Source: Deferribacterales bacterium (GTDB lineage: Bacteria; Chrysiogenota; Deferribacteres; Deferribacterales; Geovibrionaceae). Taken from it: a stretch of DNA of 64,000 bases. Positions 31,135-39,698 of the stretch are shown in pieces. A program made the translations under genes and the position numbers. Where the stretch lies: NCBI GenBank assembly GCA_050251875.1, contig JBFWMA010000003.1, forward strand, positions 96,001-160,000, in the 5' to 3' direction. The number at the start of each line of letters is the position of its first letter. The first letter of the stretch is position 1. Under the pieces are notes generated by a model. That model made no database searches, was not told where the DNA came from, and saw only the letters and a list, made by a program, of their open reading frames with translations.

Positions 31135-32460
31135 ATGCAGACAATATACGCGGCGATCAGTCCGCTGGTGTCTTCTGCTGTTATCGTGGTTCGGATATCA
31201 GGCAGCAGAGCCGCAGAAATACTTGAAAATACCAACATCAGGGGCTTAATAGATAATATTAAGCCCCGCTATGTTTATAACTGCAGATATCATGGGTCTG
31301 TGACCGATGATGTTCTGCTCACATATTTCAAATCACCAAACTCATACACAGGCGAGGATGTAGTAGAAATATCCTTTCACGGCAATCCGCTGATTGTCTC
31401 ATCCGCTTTTAAGGATTTTGAGGCAATGGGATTCGTAACGGCGGAACCGGGAGAGTTTACCAAGAGAGCCTTTCTGAACGGCAAGATGGATCTGACACAG
31501 GCAGAAGCCGTGGCAGAGCTGATCAGCAGCAAGACTGTTCAGGGAATAGATTATTCTTATCAACAGCTTAAGGGTTCTCTAAGGTCTGAGATAGAAGAGA
31601 TAAAGGATATCTTTATATCTATTCTCACTGTGGTCGAGGCGCATATCGACTTTCCAGAGGAGGATATTGAAGACGCACATGAGAAAATAGTCTTTGATAA
31701 TCTGACTCTCCTTAAAAATCGTCTTACAGATATTACAGGCACATACGCCAGCCATAAGATTATGCGTGACGGATTCCGGATCGCTATTGTGGGCAAGCCT
31801 AATACAGGTAAATCATCTCTGATGAACTATCTGCTGAAAGAGGAGCGAGCCATCGTTTCCGATGTGGCGGGTACAACCAGAGATTATATAGAGTCTGAGT
31901 TTGTGCTGAGCGGTGTTCCGGTGAGTCTGGTGGATACCGCAGGTATGCGTTTCACAGAGGACGCTATAGAACAGGCAGGCATAGACAGAACGCTCAGTGT
32001 GTTGAAAGACGCCGATCTGGTGGTTGTTCTGCTGGACGGATCACAGCCGTTGGAAGATGAGGACAGGCGTGTTCTGGGTGTGACGGAAGGCATGCAGAGG
32101 CTCATAGTGCTGAACAAATCTGATAAAGATATGGTGATAGATGGCGTGAAATCAGATTGCAGCGTGTCTGTGAAGTCCGGAGAAGGTATGGCGGAGTTCA
32201 TAAGCAGATGCGGAGAGGCTGTAACACTGTCTGACGCAGACAGGTTTAACAAGGCTGTGATGGTAAACTCAAGACAGCTGGGCTTCTTTAACCAGATAAT
32301 AGAGTGTGTGGAGAGACTGACGCAGTATGAGTCTATAGATTTTGATATCTTTGAATATGAGCTTAATTCCTCGCTCAGGCTTTTGTCTGAGATCACGGGG
32401 CTTTCATACACTGAGGATATTTTGACTAATATCTTCAATAGCTTTTGTATTGGAAAATAA
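31135..32460 (+). CDS. mnmE: tRNA modification GTPase MnmE (TrmE)
   Basis: SYTGEDVVE, PGEFTKRAFLNGKMDL, GTTRD, FCIGK C-terminus. Confidence 0.97.
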   Translation: MQTIYAAISPLVSSAVIVVRISGSRAAEILENTNIRGLIDNIKPRYVYNCRYHGSVTDDVLLTYFKSPNSYTGEDVVEISFHGNPLIVSSAFKDFEAMGFVTAEPGEFTKRAFLNGKMDLTQAEAVAELISSKTVQGIDYSYQQLKGSLRSEIEEIKDIFISILTVVEAHIDFPEEDIEDAHEKIVFDNLTLLKNRLTDITGTYASHKIMRDGFRIAIVGKPNTGKSSLMNYLLKEERAIVSDVAGTTRDYIESEFVLSGVPVSLVDTAGMRFTEDAIEQAGIDRTLSVLKDADLVVVLLDGSQPLEDEDRRVLGVTEGMQRLIVLNKSDKDMVIDGVKSDCSVSVKSGEGMAEFISRCGEAVTLSDADRFNKAVMVNSRQLGFFNQIIECVERLTQYESIDFDIFEYELNSSLRLLSEITGLSYTEDILTNIFNSFCIGK

Positions 32461-32469
32461 TGTGGATAA
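32461..32469 (-). promoter_or_regulatory. Perfect DnaA box upstream of mnmG
   Basis: TGTGGATAA = reverse complement of TTATCCACA, in the 50-bp mnmE-mnmG gap. Confidence 0.55.
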
Positions 32470-32474
32470 GTTGA

Positions 32475-32490
32475 TGTTTCACGTGAAACA
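32475..32490. other. parS site (perfect consensus)
   Basis: TGTTTCACGTGAAACA within the 20-bp palindrome GATGTTTCACGTGAAACATC (32473-32492). Confidence 0.93.
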
Positions 32491-32510
32491 TCGGCATAAT
32501 TTGGTGGAAA

Positions 32511-34379
32511 ATGTTGGTATATGACAAGACCTATGACGTGATAGTGGTGGGCGCCGGACATGCCGGATGTGAAGCGGCGCTGGCTTCAGCCAGAATGGGC
32601 GCGAAGACGCTCTTTTTTACCATATCTATCGAGAATGTGGCGCAGATGAGCTGTAACCCCGCTATCGGCGGTCTGGCAAAAGGAAACATAGTAAAAGATA
32701 TAGACGCTCTCGGCGGAGAGATGGCGAAAAATATCGATGAGACCGGAATACAGTTCAGAATTCTGAATATGAAAAAGGGTCCGGCAGTCAGAAGCTCCAG
32801 AGCACAGGCGGATAAAGAGCTGTACCGTCAGCGCATGCTGGAAATTATTATGCAGGAACCCATGCTCGACCTGAAACAAGGCATGATACATGAGGTTGCG
32901 GCGGAAAATAATGAATGTATAGGCGTCATAAGCGACACAGGCATGCTCTACAGAGCGCCGAAAGTCGTTCTCTGTACCGGAACATTCCTGAAAGGACTCA
33001 TCCACATAGGTGAGTGTCATTACGAAGCCGGACGCATGAATGAATTCGCCTCTATAGAGCTGGTTCATTCCATGCATAAACTTGGGTTTGAGACAAAAAG
33101 ACTCAAAACCGGAACACCTGCCAGACTGGATATGGCTACAATAGATTTCAGCAGGCTGGAGGCTCAGGGCGGAGATACTCCCCCTCCCCCATTCTCTTTC
33201 GAGACCAAAAGCATATCACTGCCGCAGGTACCCTGCTACATTACATATACTAATGAGAATACCCACGAAATAATCAGGCAGAACATGCACAGGTCGCCTC
33301 TGTATGCCGGAGTAATTCAGGGCATCGGTCCCAGATACTGCCCATCTATAGAGGATAAGGTTAAAAAATTTCCTGAGAAAACCCGACATCAGATCTTTCT
33401 GGAGCCTGAGGGGCTTAAATCTAAGGAATATTACGCTAACGGTTTTTCATCATCTCTGCCTATCGATGTGCAGATAGCAATGTACAGAAGTGTGGAAGGT
33501 CTGGAGAAGGTGGAATTCGTCAGACCCGCCTATGCCATAGAATATGATTTTGTACAGCCCACCGCTCTGAAACCGACACTGGAAACAAAACTGATAAAAG
33601 GTCTGTTCTTCGCCGGACAGCTCAACGGCACCAGCGGATATGAAGAGGCCGCGGCTCAGGGGCTTGTCGCCGGGATAAACGCTGTGCTGTCTGTAGACAA
33701 CAAAGAACCGTTCATACTCCAGAGAAACGACAGCTATATTGGTGTTATGTGTGACGATCTGGTGAATAAAGGTGTGGACGAACCTTATAGAATGTTCTCT
33801 TCCCGTGCTGAATACAGGCTATGGCTGAGAGAGGACAATGCCGAATACCGTCTTCTGGAAAAAGGATATTCGCTCGGGCTGATATCTAAGGACAGAATGG
33901 ACAGATTCAGCGCTGAGAAAAAACAGTTCGAGGATGAGGTGGCGAGGCTGGGAGAGATAAAAGTAAACCCGAACAAAGAGACCAATGAAAAGATGGCGAG
34001 ATTCGGGATAAATCTGACAGCTAATATCTCCGGAAAAGAGCTTCTGCGCAGACCGGAGATGACATATGAAAATATGAAAGAACTGTATGGCGGTGTCGAT
34101 TGTCCTAAAATAGCGGAGCAGGTCGAGATAGCGGTGAAATATGAAGGCTATCTGACGAAGCAGATGGACGAGATAGACAGGTTCGACAAGATAGAAAAGG
34201 TAAAAATACCTTCCGATATGGATTTCGACAGTATACAAGGTCTTAGGAAAGAATATAAGGACAAGCTGAAAGCTATCCGCCCCGAGACTCTGGGACAGGC
34301 AGGACGTATTCAGGGGATGACCCCCGCCGCCGTGTCTCTGCTGCACATATATATAATGGGAAAAAAACTGAATGATTGA
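32511..34379 (+). CDS. mnmG: tRNA uridine modification enzyme MnmG (GidA)
   Basis: GAGHAGCEAA, MSCNPAIGG, GPRYCPSIEDK, GTSGYEEAAAQG. Confidence 0.98.
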   Translation: MLVYDKTYDVIVVGAGHAGCEAALASARMGAKTLFFTISIENVAQMSCNPAIGGLAKGNIVKDIDALGGEMAKNIDETGIQFRILNMKKGPAVRSSRAQADKELYRQRMLEIIMQEPMLDLKQGMIHEVAAENNECIGVISDTGMLYRAPKVVLCTGTFLKGLIHIGECHYEAGRMNEFASIELVHSMHKLGFETKRLKTGTPARLDMATIDFSRLEAQGGDTPPPPFSFETKSISLPQVPCYITYTNENTHEIIRQNMHRSPLYAGVIQGIGPRYCPSIEDKVKKFPEKTRHQIFLEPEGLKSKEYYANGFSSSLPIDVQIAMYRSVEGLEKVEFVRPAYAIEYDFVQPTALKPTLETKLIKGLFFAGQLNGTSGYEEAAAQGLVAGINAVLSVDNKEPFILQRNDSYIGVMCDDLVNKGVDEPYRMFSSRAEYRLWLREDNAEYRLLEKGYSLGLISKDRMDRFSAEKKQFEDEVARLGEIKVNPNKETNEKMARFGINLTANISGKELLRRPEMTYENMKELYGGVDCPKIAEQVEIAVKYEGYLTKQMDEIDRFDKIEKVKIPSDMDFDSIQGLRKEYKDKLKAIRPETLGQAGRIQGMTPAAVSLLHIYIMGKKLND

Positions 34380-34989
34380 ACAATATTATAGTTTTGATAA
34401 AGATCAGCTTGAGAAGATTGAGCGGTTCTATGAAATGCATGTGAGCGCTGAGCTCAACCTCACCGCCATTAAAGACAGAGAAGATTTCTTTAGAAAACAT
34501 GTACTGGACAGCTTTCTGATTTTTACAGAGAGAAAGCACCTGCTGAAATCTCCTGTGGCTGATATCGGCACGGGCGGCGGTTTTCCGGGTATAATCCTCG
34601 CTATCATGTTTCCGCAGATGAAGTTCACCCTGGTGGACAGCATAGCGAAGAAATGCAAGTTCGTGGAAGACAGCGCAAGGGAGCTGGGGCTTGATAACGT
34701 GGAAGTGATCGTTTCCAGGGCGGAGAATATCAAGAACAGAAAATTCGCCACCATACTGTCACGGGGTGTGGCAAAAACAGACCAGATTCTTAAATATACT
34801 GAGAAGCTGGCCGATAAAAATACAGTATGGCTTCTGTACAAAGGGGAAAACGCAGAAAACGAGCTGGCGGAAGCCAGACAGAGGATAACAAGAAAAAATT
34901 TGGAGTGGGAAAATGTCCGTTATGATACACCGATTCAGAGAACTTATACTATTATCCGTAACGCTGATGATCTTAGCAGGGTGCGTTAG
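34372..34989 (+). CDS. rsmG: 16S rRNA m7G527 methyltransferase RsmG (GidB)
   Basis: NLTAI, KHVLDS, DIGTGGGFPG; follows mnmG. Confidence 0.95.
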   Translation: MIEQYYSFDKDQLEKIERFYEMHVSAELNLTAIKDREDFFRKHVLDSFLIFTERKHLLKSPVADIGTGGGFPGIILAIMFPQMKFTLVDSIAKKCKFVEDSARELGLDNVEVIVSRAENIKNRKFATILSRGVAKTDQILKYTEKLADKNTVWLLYKGENAENELAEARQRITRKNLEWENVRYDTPIQRTYTIIRNADDLSRVR

Positions 34990-36364
34990 CCAGGTTCAGG
35001 TGGTTGAAGATCCTATCAGGATGTTCAACAAAGAATATTACGCTGTAAAAGATCTGACGCCTTCAGACGTATGGAAGATGAAAGAGATACTCGCCAGTGA
35101 CGACATAGGCGGAGCAAAGAGCGCAGGACTGATACTGGGCAGACATTATGTCAGAAACGGAGAGGTCAGCAAAGGATATGAGCTGATAAAAGGCAATCTG
35201 GATGACAGCTATCTGGATAAGTTCATGAAGGCGAGCGGGCACATATGGGCATATGACGCCGCCGTGAAGATGAACGACACAGAGACGGCTGAAAAAGAGA
35301 AAGCCTACATCAATAAATTGGACATGGACGAAAAGACAGATAAAGCTGTCAGGGTTTACTGCGGACAGGAGAAGAAAGGCACAGCCGGAACATCCGGAAA
35401 AAGCTGTATTTTCGGACAGGAATCAAAAGTGACCGCTCCTGAGAAAAAACAGGAAGTGATCGCCCTCCCCCCCAAGGCTGAAACATTGCCGGAAAAGAAA
35501 CCCGAAACAGCACAGAAAAGCGAGGCTCTAAAAAAGAAGCTCGTGATAAACGTGAAAGAGAGCGTGAAAAACCCCGAGCTGGTGGAAGCGATGCTCTACA
35601 GCGTGAGCAAGCTGAAGATGAACGCTGAGCTTGATTTCGAAGGTGAAAAAGGCGGATACGACTATATAGTAGACGCATCCGAAAGAAGCATCGGATACGG
35701 TCTGAATAAAATAGATTTCAGCGTGGACAGAAAGAAACAGATAAAAAAGACTGCCGAATACGTCATTAAAGACGGAGCTAAAAAGATTGCTATCGGATAC
35801 ACAGACGGGCTGAGAGACACAGCGGCGGAGATAGCTGACGAATACAAAGATCAGGCGGATTTCTATCTGTTCAACATACAGGACAAAGATTTTCAGGCTA
35901 AGCTGAACGACATTAAAAATAAGATAGGTAAAAACAGCGGACTTTCATATGTTCTGGCAGGATCACAGAACCAGATTCTGAAAGTTGTCCCCTTTCTTAA
36001 ATATTTCTCACCTAAGCCGGACAGAACAGTCGTTGGTGTGGCTATGGACAGCCTTAGCAAAAAATTCTATTCAGGTGAATTCGCTGACTATACCAGAAAC
36101 GCCGTAGTGGTTACGGATATCCTGCTGGCGGAGAATGTGAACGCAGAGATGTTCAGCGAGAATTTCAGCAAGGATTTCGGAAAAGTACCCGGGCTGAACG
36201 ATATGCTGGGATATGACATGATGATATACATGGAAAAAACCAGAAATCCTGAATATAAGAACGAATATCTGACCGGAATAGTAAAGGCGGATGATGCCGG
36301 AGTAACAAGAAAAACAGGAGCTTACCGCATTCTTTCAGGCGGCAAGCTCAAGAAATTAGATTAA
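34913..36364 (+). CDS. Lipoprotein, possibly LpoA/LppC-like
   Basis: Lipobox LAGC; helical N-domain, Pro/Lys/Glu linker, periplasmic-binding-like C-domain with LGYD. Confidence 0.65.
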   Translation: MSVMIHRFRELILLSVTLMILAGCVSQVQVVEDPIRMFNKEYYAVKDLTPSDVWKMKEILASDDIGGAKSAGLILGRHYVRNGEVSKGYELIKGNLDDSYLDKFMKASGHIWAYDAAVKMNDTETAEKEKAYINKLDMDEKTDKAVRVYCGQEKKGTAGTSGKSCIFGQESKVTAPEKKQEVIALPPKAETLPEKKPETAQKSEALKKKLVINVKESVKNPELVEAMLYSVSKLKMNAELDFEGEKGGYDYIVDASERSIGYGLNKIDFSVDRKKQIKKTAEYVIKDGAKKIAIGYTDGLRDTAAEIADEYKDQADFYLFNIQDKDFQAKLNDIKNKIGKNSGLSYVLAGSQNQILKVVPFLKYFSPKPDRTVVGVAMDSLSKKFYSGEFADYTRNAVVVTDILLAENVNAEMFSENFSKDFGKVPGLNDMLGYDMMIYMEKTRNPEYKNEYLTGIVKADDAGVTRKTGAYRILSGGKLKKLD

Positions 36365-37428
36365 TCCACTTCTATAAGTCTGTAATCAGTTGAGCCTATG
36401 CCGAGCTTTTCGGCGTGGGCCAGCTGAATGGACGCGTCCACACTGGGATAGATCGCCGCGAAGGGATCGACACCGCCGTTCGCTTTAATCACTAGATCAT
36501 GACAAGCCTTATCCAGAGCCACAGGGTCTGTTGACGCCGCAAAGCCGATGTCCGCCACAACGGGTCTGTCGTTACCGCCGTAACAGTCGCAGGCGGGAGA
36601 CACGGATGTGATAATGCTGAGGAAAACAAGTTTATTATTAAGCGCCTTAAAGACGCCAGCGGCGTATTCCGCCATTTTCTTTTGAGTGGAGGCGGAAGAA
36701 GCATTCCAATTGATATGAATAGCTGATTCCGGGCAGACACTGATACACATTGCGCATCCGGTACAGCGGTCGGATATGAAAGCCTTAGGAGTCATGTCGA
36801 TAGCGTTGGAAGCACAGAAGCCCAGACACCGTCCGCAGGATGTGCAGAGATCAGGCACAACTGTGGGGCAGGAATCAGAGTGCATGTCCAGCTTTCCTTT
36901 TCTGCATGAACAGCCCATCGATATATTTTTGATAGCTCCGCCGAAACCTGTCACCTCGTGTCCTTTAAAGTGGGACACAACCATCATGCCGTCAGCCGAA
37001 GCAATGTCCGCCGCTATATGAACGGTTTTAAGAAGCTCGCCGTCAATATCGATATCGGCTGAGTTGTCCCCTCTTAGCCCGTCTGCGATTATGACAGGCA
37101 CCTGAAGGGTGGAATAGTTAAATCCGTTCAGCGTGGCGTTATGCAGGTGGTCAACGCTGTTGGTGCGCATGCCCACATAGAGGGTGTTTGTATCGGTAAG
37201 AAAAGGCTTAGTGCCGAGGTTGCCGAGTTTCTCGAGAACCGGTCTCAGAAAGATGGGTCTGGTGAAGGCAGTGTTGCCCAGCTCGCCAAAATGTGTTTTA
37301 ACCGCAATGATCTCATTCTTCTTGAAAAAATCCTCAGGGGCGCATCTGTTTATAATTTTCTTTATCTTGAGCAGAGGGCTTTTGTGCTTCTTGCAGTCTA
37401 CCGTGGTAAAATAAACATCTGAACTCAT
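36361..37428 (-). CDS. DUF362 family Fe-S protein with 2x[4Fe-4S] ferredoxin domain
   Basis: KTHFGELGN, SHFKGH, GGAIKN, CTSCGRC...C and CTGCAMC...CP. Confidence 0.9.
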   Translation of the reverse strand: MSSDVYFTTVDCKKHKSPLLKIKKIINRCAPEDFFKKNEIIAVKTHFGELGNTAFTRPIFLRPVLEKLGNLGTKPFLTDTNTLYVGMRTNSVDHLHNATLNGFNYSTLQVPVIIADGLRGDNSADIDIDGELLKTVHIAADIASADGMMVVSHFKGHEVTGFGGAIKNISMGCSCRKGKLDMHSDSCPTVVPDLCTSCGRCLGFCASNAIDMTPKAFISDRCTGCAMCISVCPESAIHINWNASSASTQKKMAEYAAGVFKALNNKLVFLSIITSVSPACDCYGGNDRPVVADIGFAASTDPVALDKACHDLVIKANGGVDPFAAIYPSVDASIQLAHAEKLGIGSTDYRLIEVD

Positions 37429-37525
37429 AAAAACTCCTAGAAAATAATAGATTAAATTTAAAATTCCATTAAAATAGAATTATACACAATATTAGTGCAA
37501 CACACACGCATAAGCAAGGAGTGTT

Positions 37526-38755
37526 ATGAGTACCTTCTTTATTGGCAGACAGCCTATCATAGACAGAAAAGAGCAGATAGCCGGCTATGAGATTCTATTC
37601 AGAAGTGAAGGTGCGACAAAAGCGGAAATAACCGACAACAGACACGCCACCGCAAGGGTTCTGGTAAACATGCTTCAGAACTTCAGCATCGAGACGCTGT
37701 TGGGCGGTCGAAAAGGTTTTATCAATGTAGATGATAAAATGATATTGGACGGCACTCTGGATATCCTGCCTAAAGACAAGCTGGTTTTCGAGATACTGGA
37801 GACCAGTGAAATCAATAAAGATGTTATCGATAAGATAGTTGAATACAGAGAAAACGGATACAGCTTTGCTCTGGACGATCTGGAGTTTACAAAAGAATAT
37901 TTTATGACGTTCAGAGAGATTTTTCCGCTGGTTGATTTTATCAAGGTGGATTATCTGCTGTGCGATAAGGCTCAGCTTTTTCAGAACATAGACATTTTGA
38001 AAAAATTCAGGGCGAAACTGCTGGCGGAAAAAGTAGAGACTGCGGAAGAACACACCATCTGCCGTGAGCTGGGTTTTGACCTGTTTCAGGGATATTACTT
38101 CGCAAAACCCACAGTGATAAGCCAGAAGGCGGTAGACCCGTCGAAAGCGGCGATCATACATCTGATAAACATGCTGAGAAAAGACGCTGATGTGAAAGAC
38201 GTGGAGGATGTGATAAAGACGCATCCCGATCTTTATATCAACCTGATGAAGTTTATGAACTCGGCGGCGTTCTTTACCCAGACGGAGATAAAATCCATAA
38301 AACACGCCATAGCGCTGATAGGCAGAAAGAATCTGACAAAATGGCTCTATCTGATTCTGTATGCCGGAACGAACAACGACAGTTTTTCTAATCCCCTGCT
38401 CCTGACAGCGCAGATAAGAGCGAAGGCGATGGAGCTGATGTGCGAGAAGAGCATTAGTTTTAAGAATAAAGCGGACAGCGCATATATAGCCGGGATCATG
38501 TCTCTGCTGGACGTGGTATTTAATAAAGATCTGAAAGATATCGTGGACGAATTTCACATAGATCCGGAAATAAAAAAGGCTGTGGTCGATTTCGAGGGTG
38601 AAATCGGGGCAATGCTCAAGATCCTCAAATATTATGAGGCGGATGATGTTGAAAAGCTGATGGAAAGCTTTCAGGCGATAAACATGAATACTGATGAATT
38701 TAACAGTATTATGACCGAATGTTACAGTCAGAGTGAAAATAGCTGCGATATATAA
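37526..38755 (+). CDS. EAL + HDOD domain protein (YuxH/PdeH-like)
   Basis: GRQPI, YEILFR, ALDD, LAEKVE, FQGYYFAKP, then HDOD. Confidence 0.9.
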   Translation: MSTFFIGRQPIIDRKEQIAGYEILFRSEGATKAEITDNRHATARVLVNMLQNFSIETLLGGRKGFINVDDKMILDGTLDILPKDKLVFEILETSEINKDVIDKIVEYRENGYSFALDDLEFTKEYFMTFREIFPLVDFIKVDYLLCDKAQLFQNIDILKKFRAKLLAEKVETAEEHTICRELGFDLFQGYYFAKPTVISQKAVDPSKAAIIHLINMLRKDADVKDVEDVIKTHPDLYINLMKFMNSAAFFTQTEIKSIKHAIALIGRKNLTKWLYLILYAGTNNDSFSNPLLLTAQIRAKAMELMCEKSISFKNKADSAYIAGIMSLLDVVFNKDLKDIVDEFHIDPEIKKAVVDFEGEIGAMLKILKYYEADDVEKLMESFQAINMNTDEFNSIMTECYSQSENSCDI

Positions 38756-38828
38756 AAAAATTGTAATTATAAAAACAAAGATTTTATTGACGATTGCCTA
38801 TATTTTTGTAAGGATATACAATAATAAT

Positions 38829-38843
38829 ACAATGTTACATTGT
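38829..38843. promoter_or_regulatory. Palindromic operator candidate upstream of IclR gene
   Basis: ACAATGT-T-ACATTGT, just downstream of a TACAAT -10 candidate (38817-38822). Confidence 0.45.
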
Positions 38844-38854
38844 GCGGGGCAGTT

Positions 38855-39646
38855 ATGAAAAGAGAAAAATCAGAATACGCGGTGCAGGCGGTCAGCAACG
38901 CCATAGATATACTTGAGCTTTTAGGCGACAGTGATAACGAGCTGAGTATCACGGATGTTGTGGCTAAGCTGAATCTTACCAGAAGCAACGTCAACAAGCT
39001 GCTCGCCACTCTGGAGATGCTCGGATATGTGGAGCATAACAGATACACAGGAAATTTCAGACTGGGTGTTAAGACATTCCAGATTTCACAGGCATACATC
39101 AACAAGCTGAATCTGATAGAGATATCCATTCAGGTTCTTCAGCAGCTCAAAAACGACACCAACGAATCCGCATACATCAGCGTCCTGCGTGACGGCAATG
39201 TAGTCTATCTGAACGTTGTGGAGACAGAGCAGGCCGTCAGGGTTCTGCCCAGAATAGGCAACGTGGGTCCCGCATATGCCACCGCCACAGGAAAAGCTCA
39301 GCTCGCCTATTATGACCCGATAGAGCTGGAAAAACTCTATGTGGGTGAGTTCAGAAAGATAACTCCTAATACTATCAAGAACTTCGACCAGCTCAAAGAC
39401 GAGATGGACGAGATCAGAAGAAACGGATACGCTCTGGACAACGAGGAATATGAGCTCGGTGTGCGCTGTGTGGGCGCCCCTATAAAAGATTTCATGGGAA
39501 ATATCATTGCCGGGATCAGTGTCTCCGCTCCCACAGAGCGCATGGGGATGGATCAGATCAGAGAGAGCATAGCGCCCATGGTTCTGGAAGCGGCAAAAGT
39601 TCTTTCCAAAAAATTCGGCTTCAGAGAGCTGGGATCAGAAGATTAA
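38855..39646 (+). CDS. IclR-family transcriptional regulator
   Basis: N-terminal HTH, ATATGKAQLA, GYALDNEEYELGVRCVGAPI. Confidence 0.93.
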   Translation: MKREKSEYAVQAVSNAIDILELLGDSDNELSITDVVAKLNLTRSNVNKLLATLEMLGYVEHNRYTGNFRLGVKTFQISQAYINKLNLIEISIQVLQQLKNDTNESAYISVLRDGNVVYLNVVETEQAVRVLPRIGNVGPAYATATGKAQLAYYDPIELEKLYVGEFRKITPNTIKNFDQLKDEMDEIRRNGYALDNEEYELGVRCVGAPIKDFMGNIIAGISVSAPTERMGMDQIRESIAPMVLEAAKVLSKKFGFRELGSED

Positions 39647-39698
39647 ATTAAATCTGTTATTCGGTTGAAATAAAACAGATATCGGGGTTAAATATTAC

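Noticed and set aside
32461..32510. mnmE-mnmG gap as the replication origin
   Set aside because: Only 50 bp, one box, no trio or AT-rich element; the region before dnaN fits better (GC skew needed to settle it)
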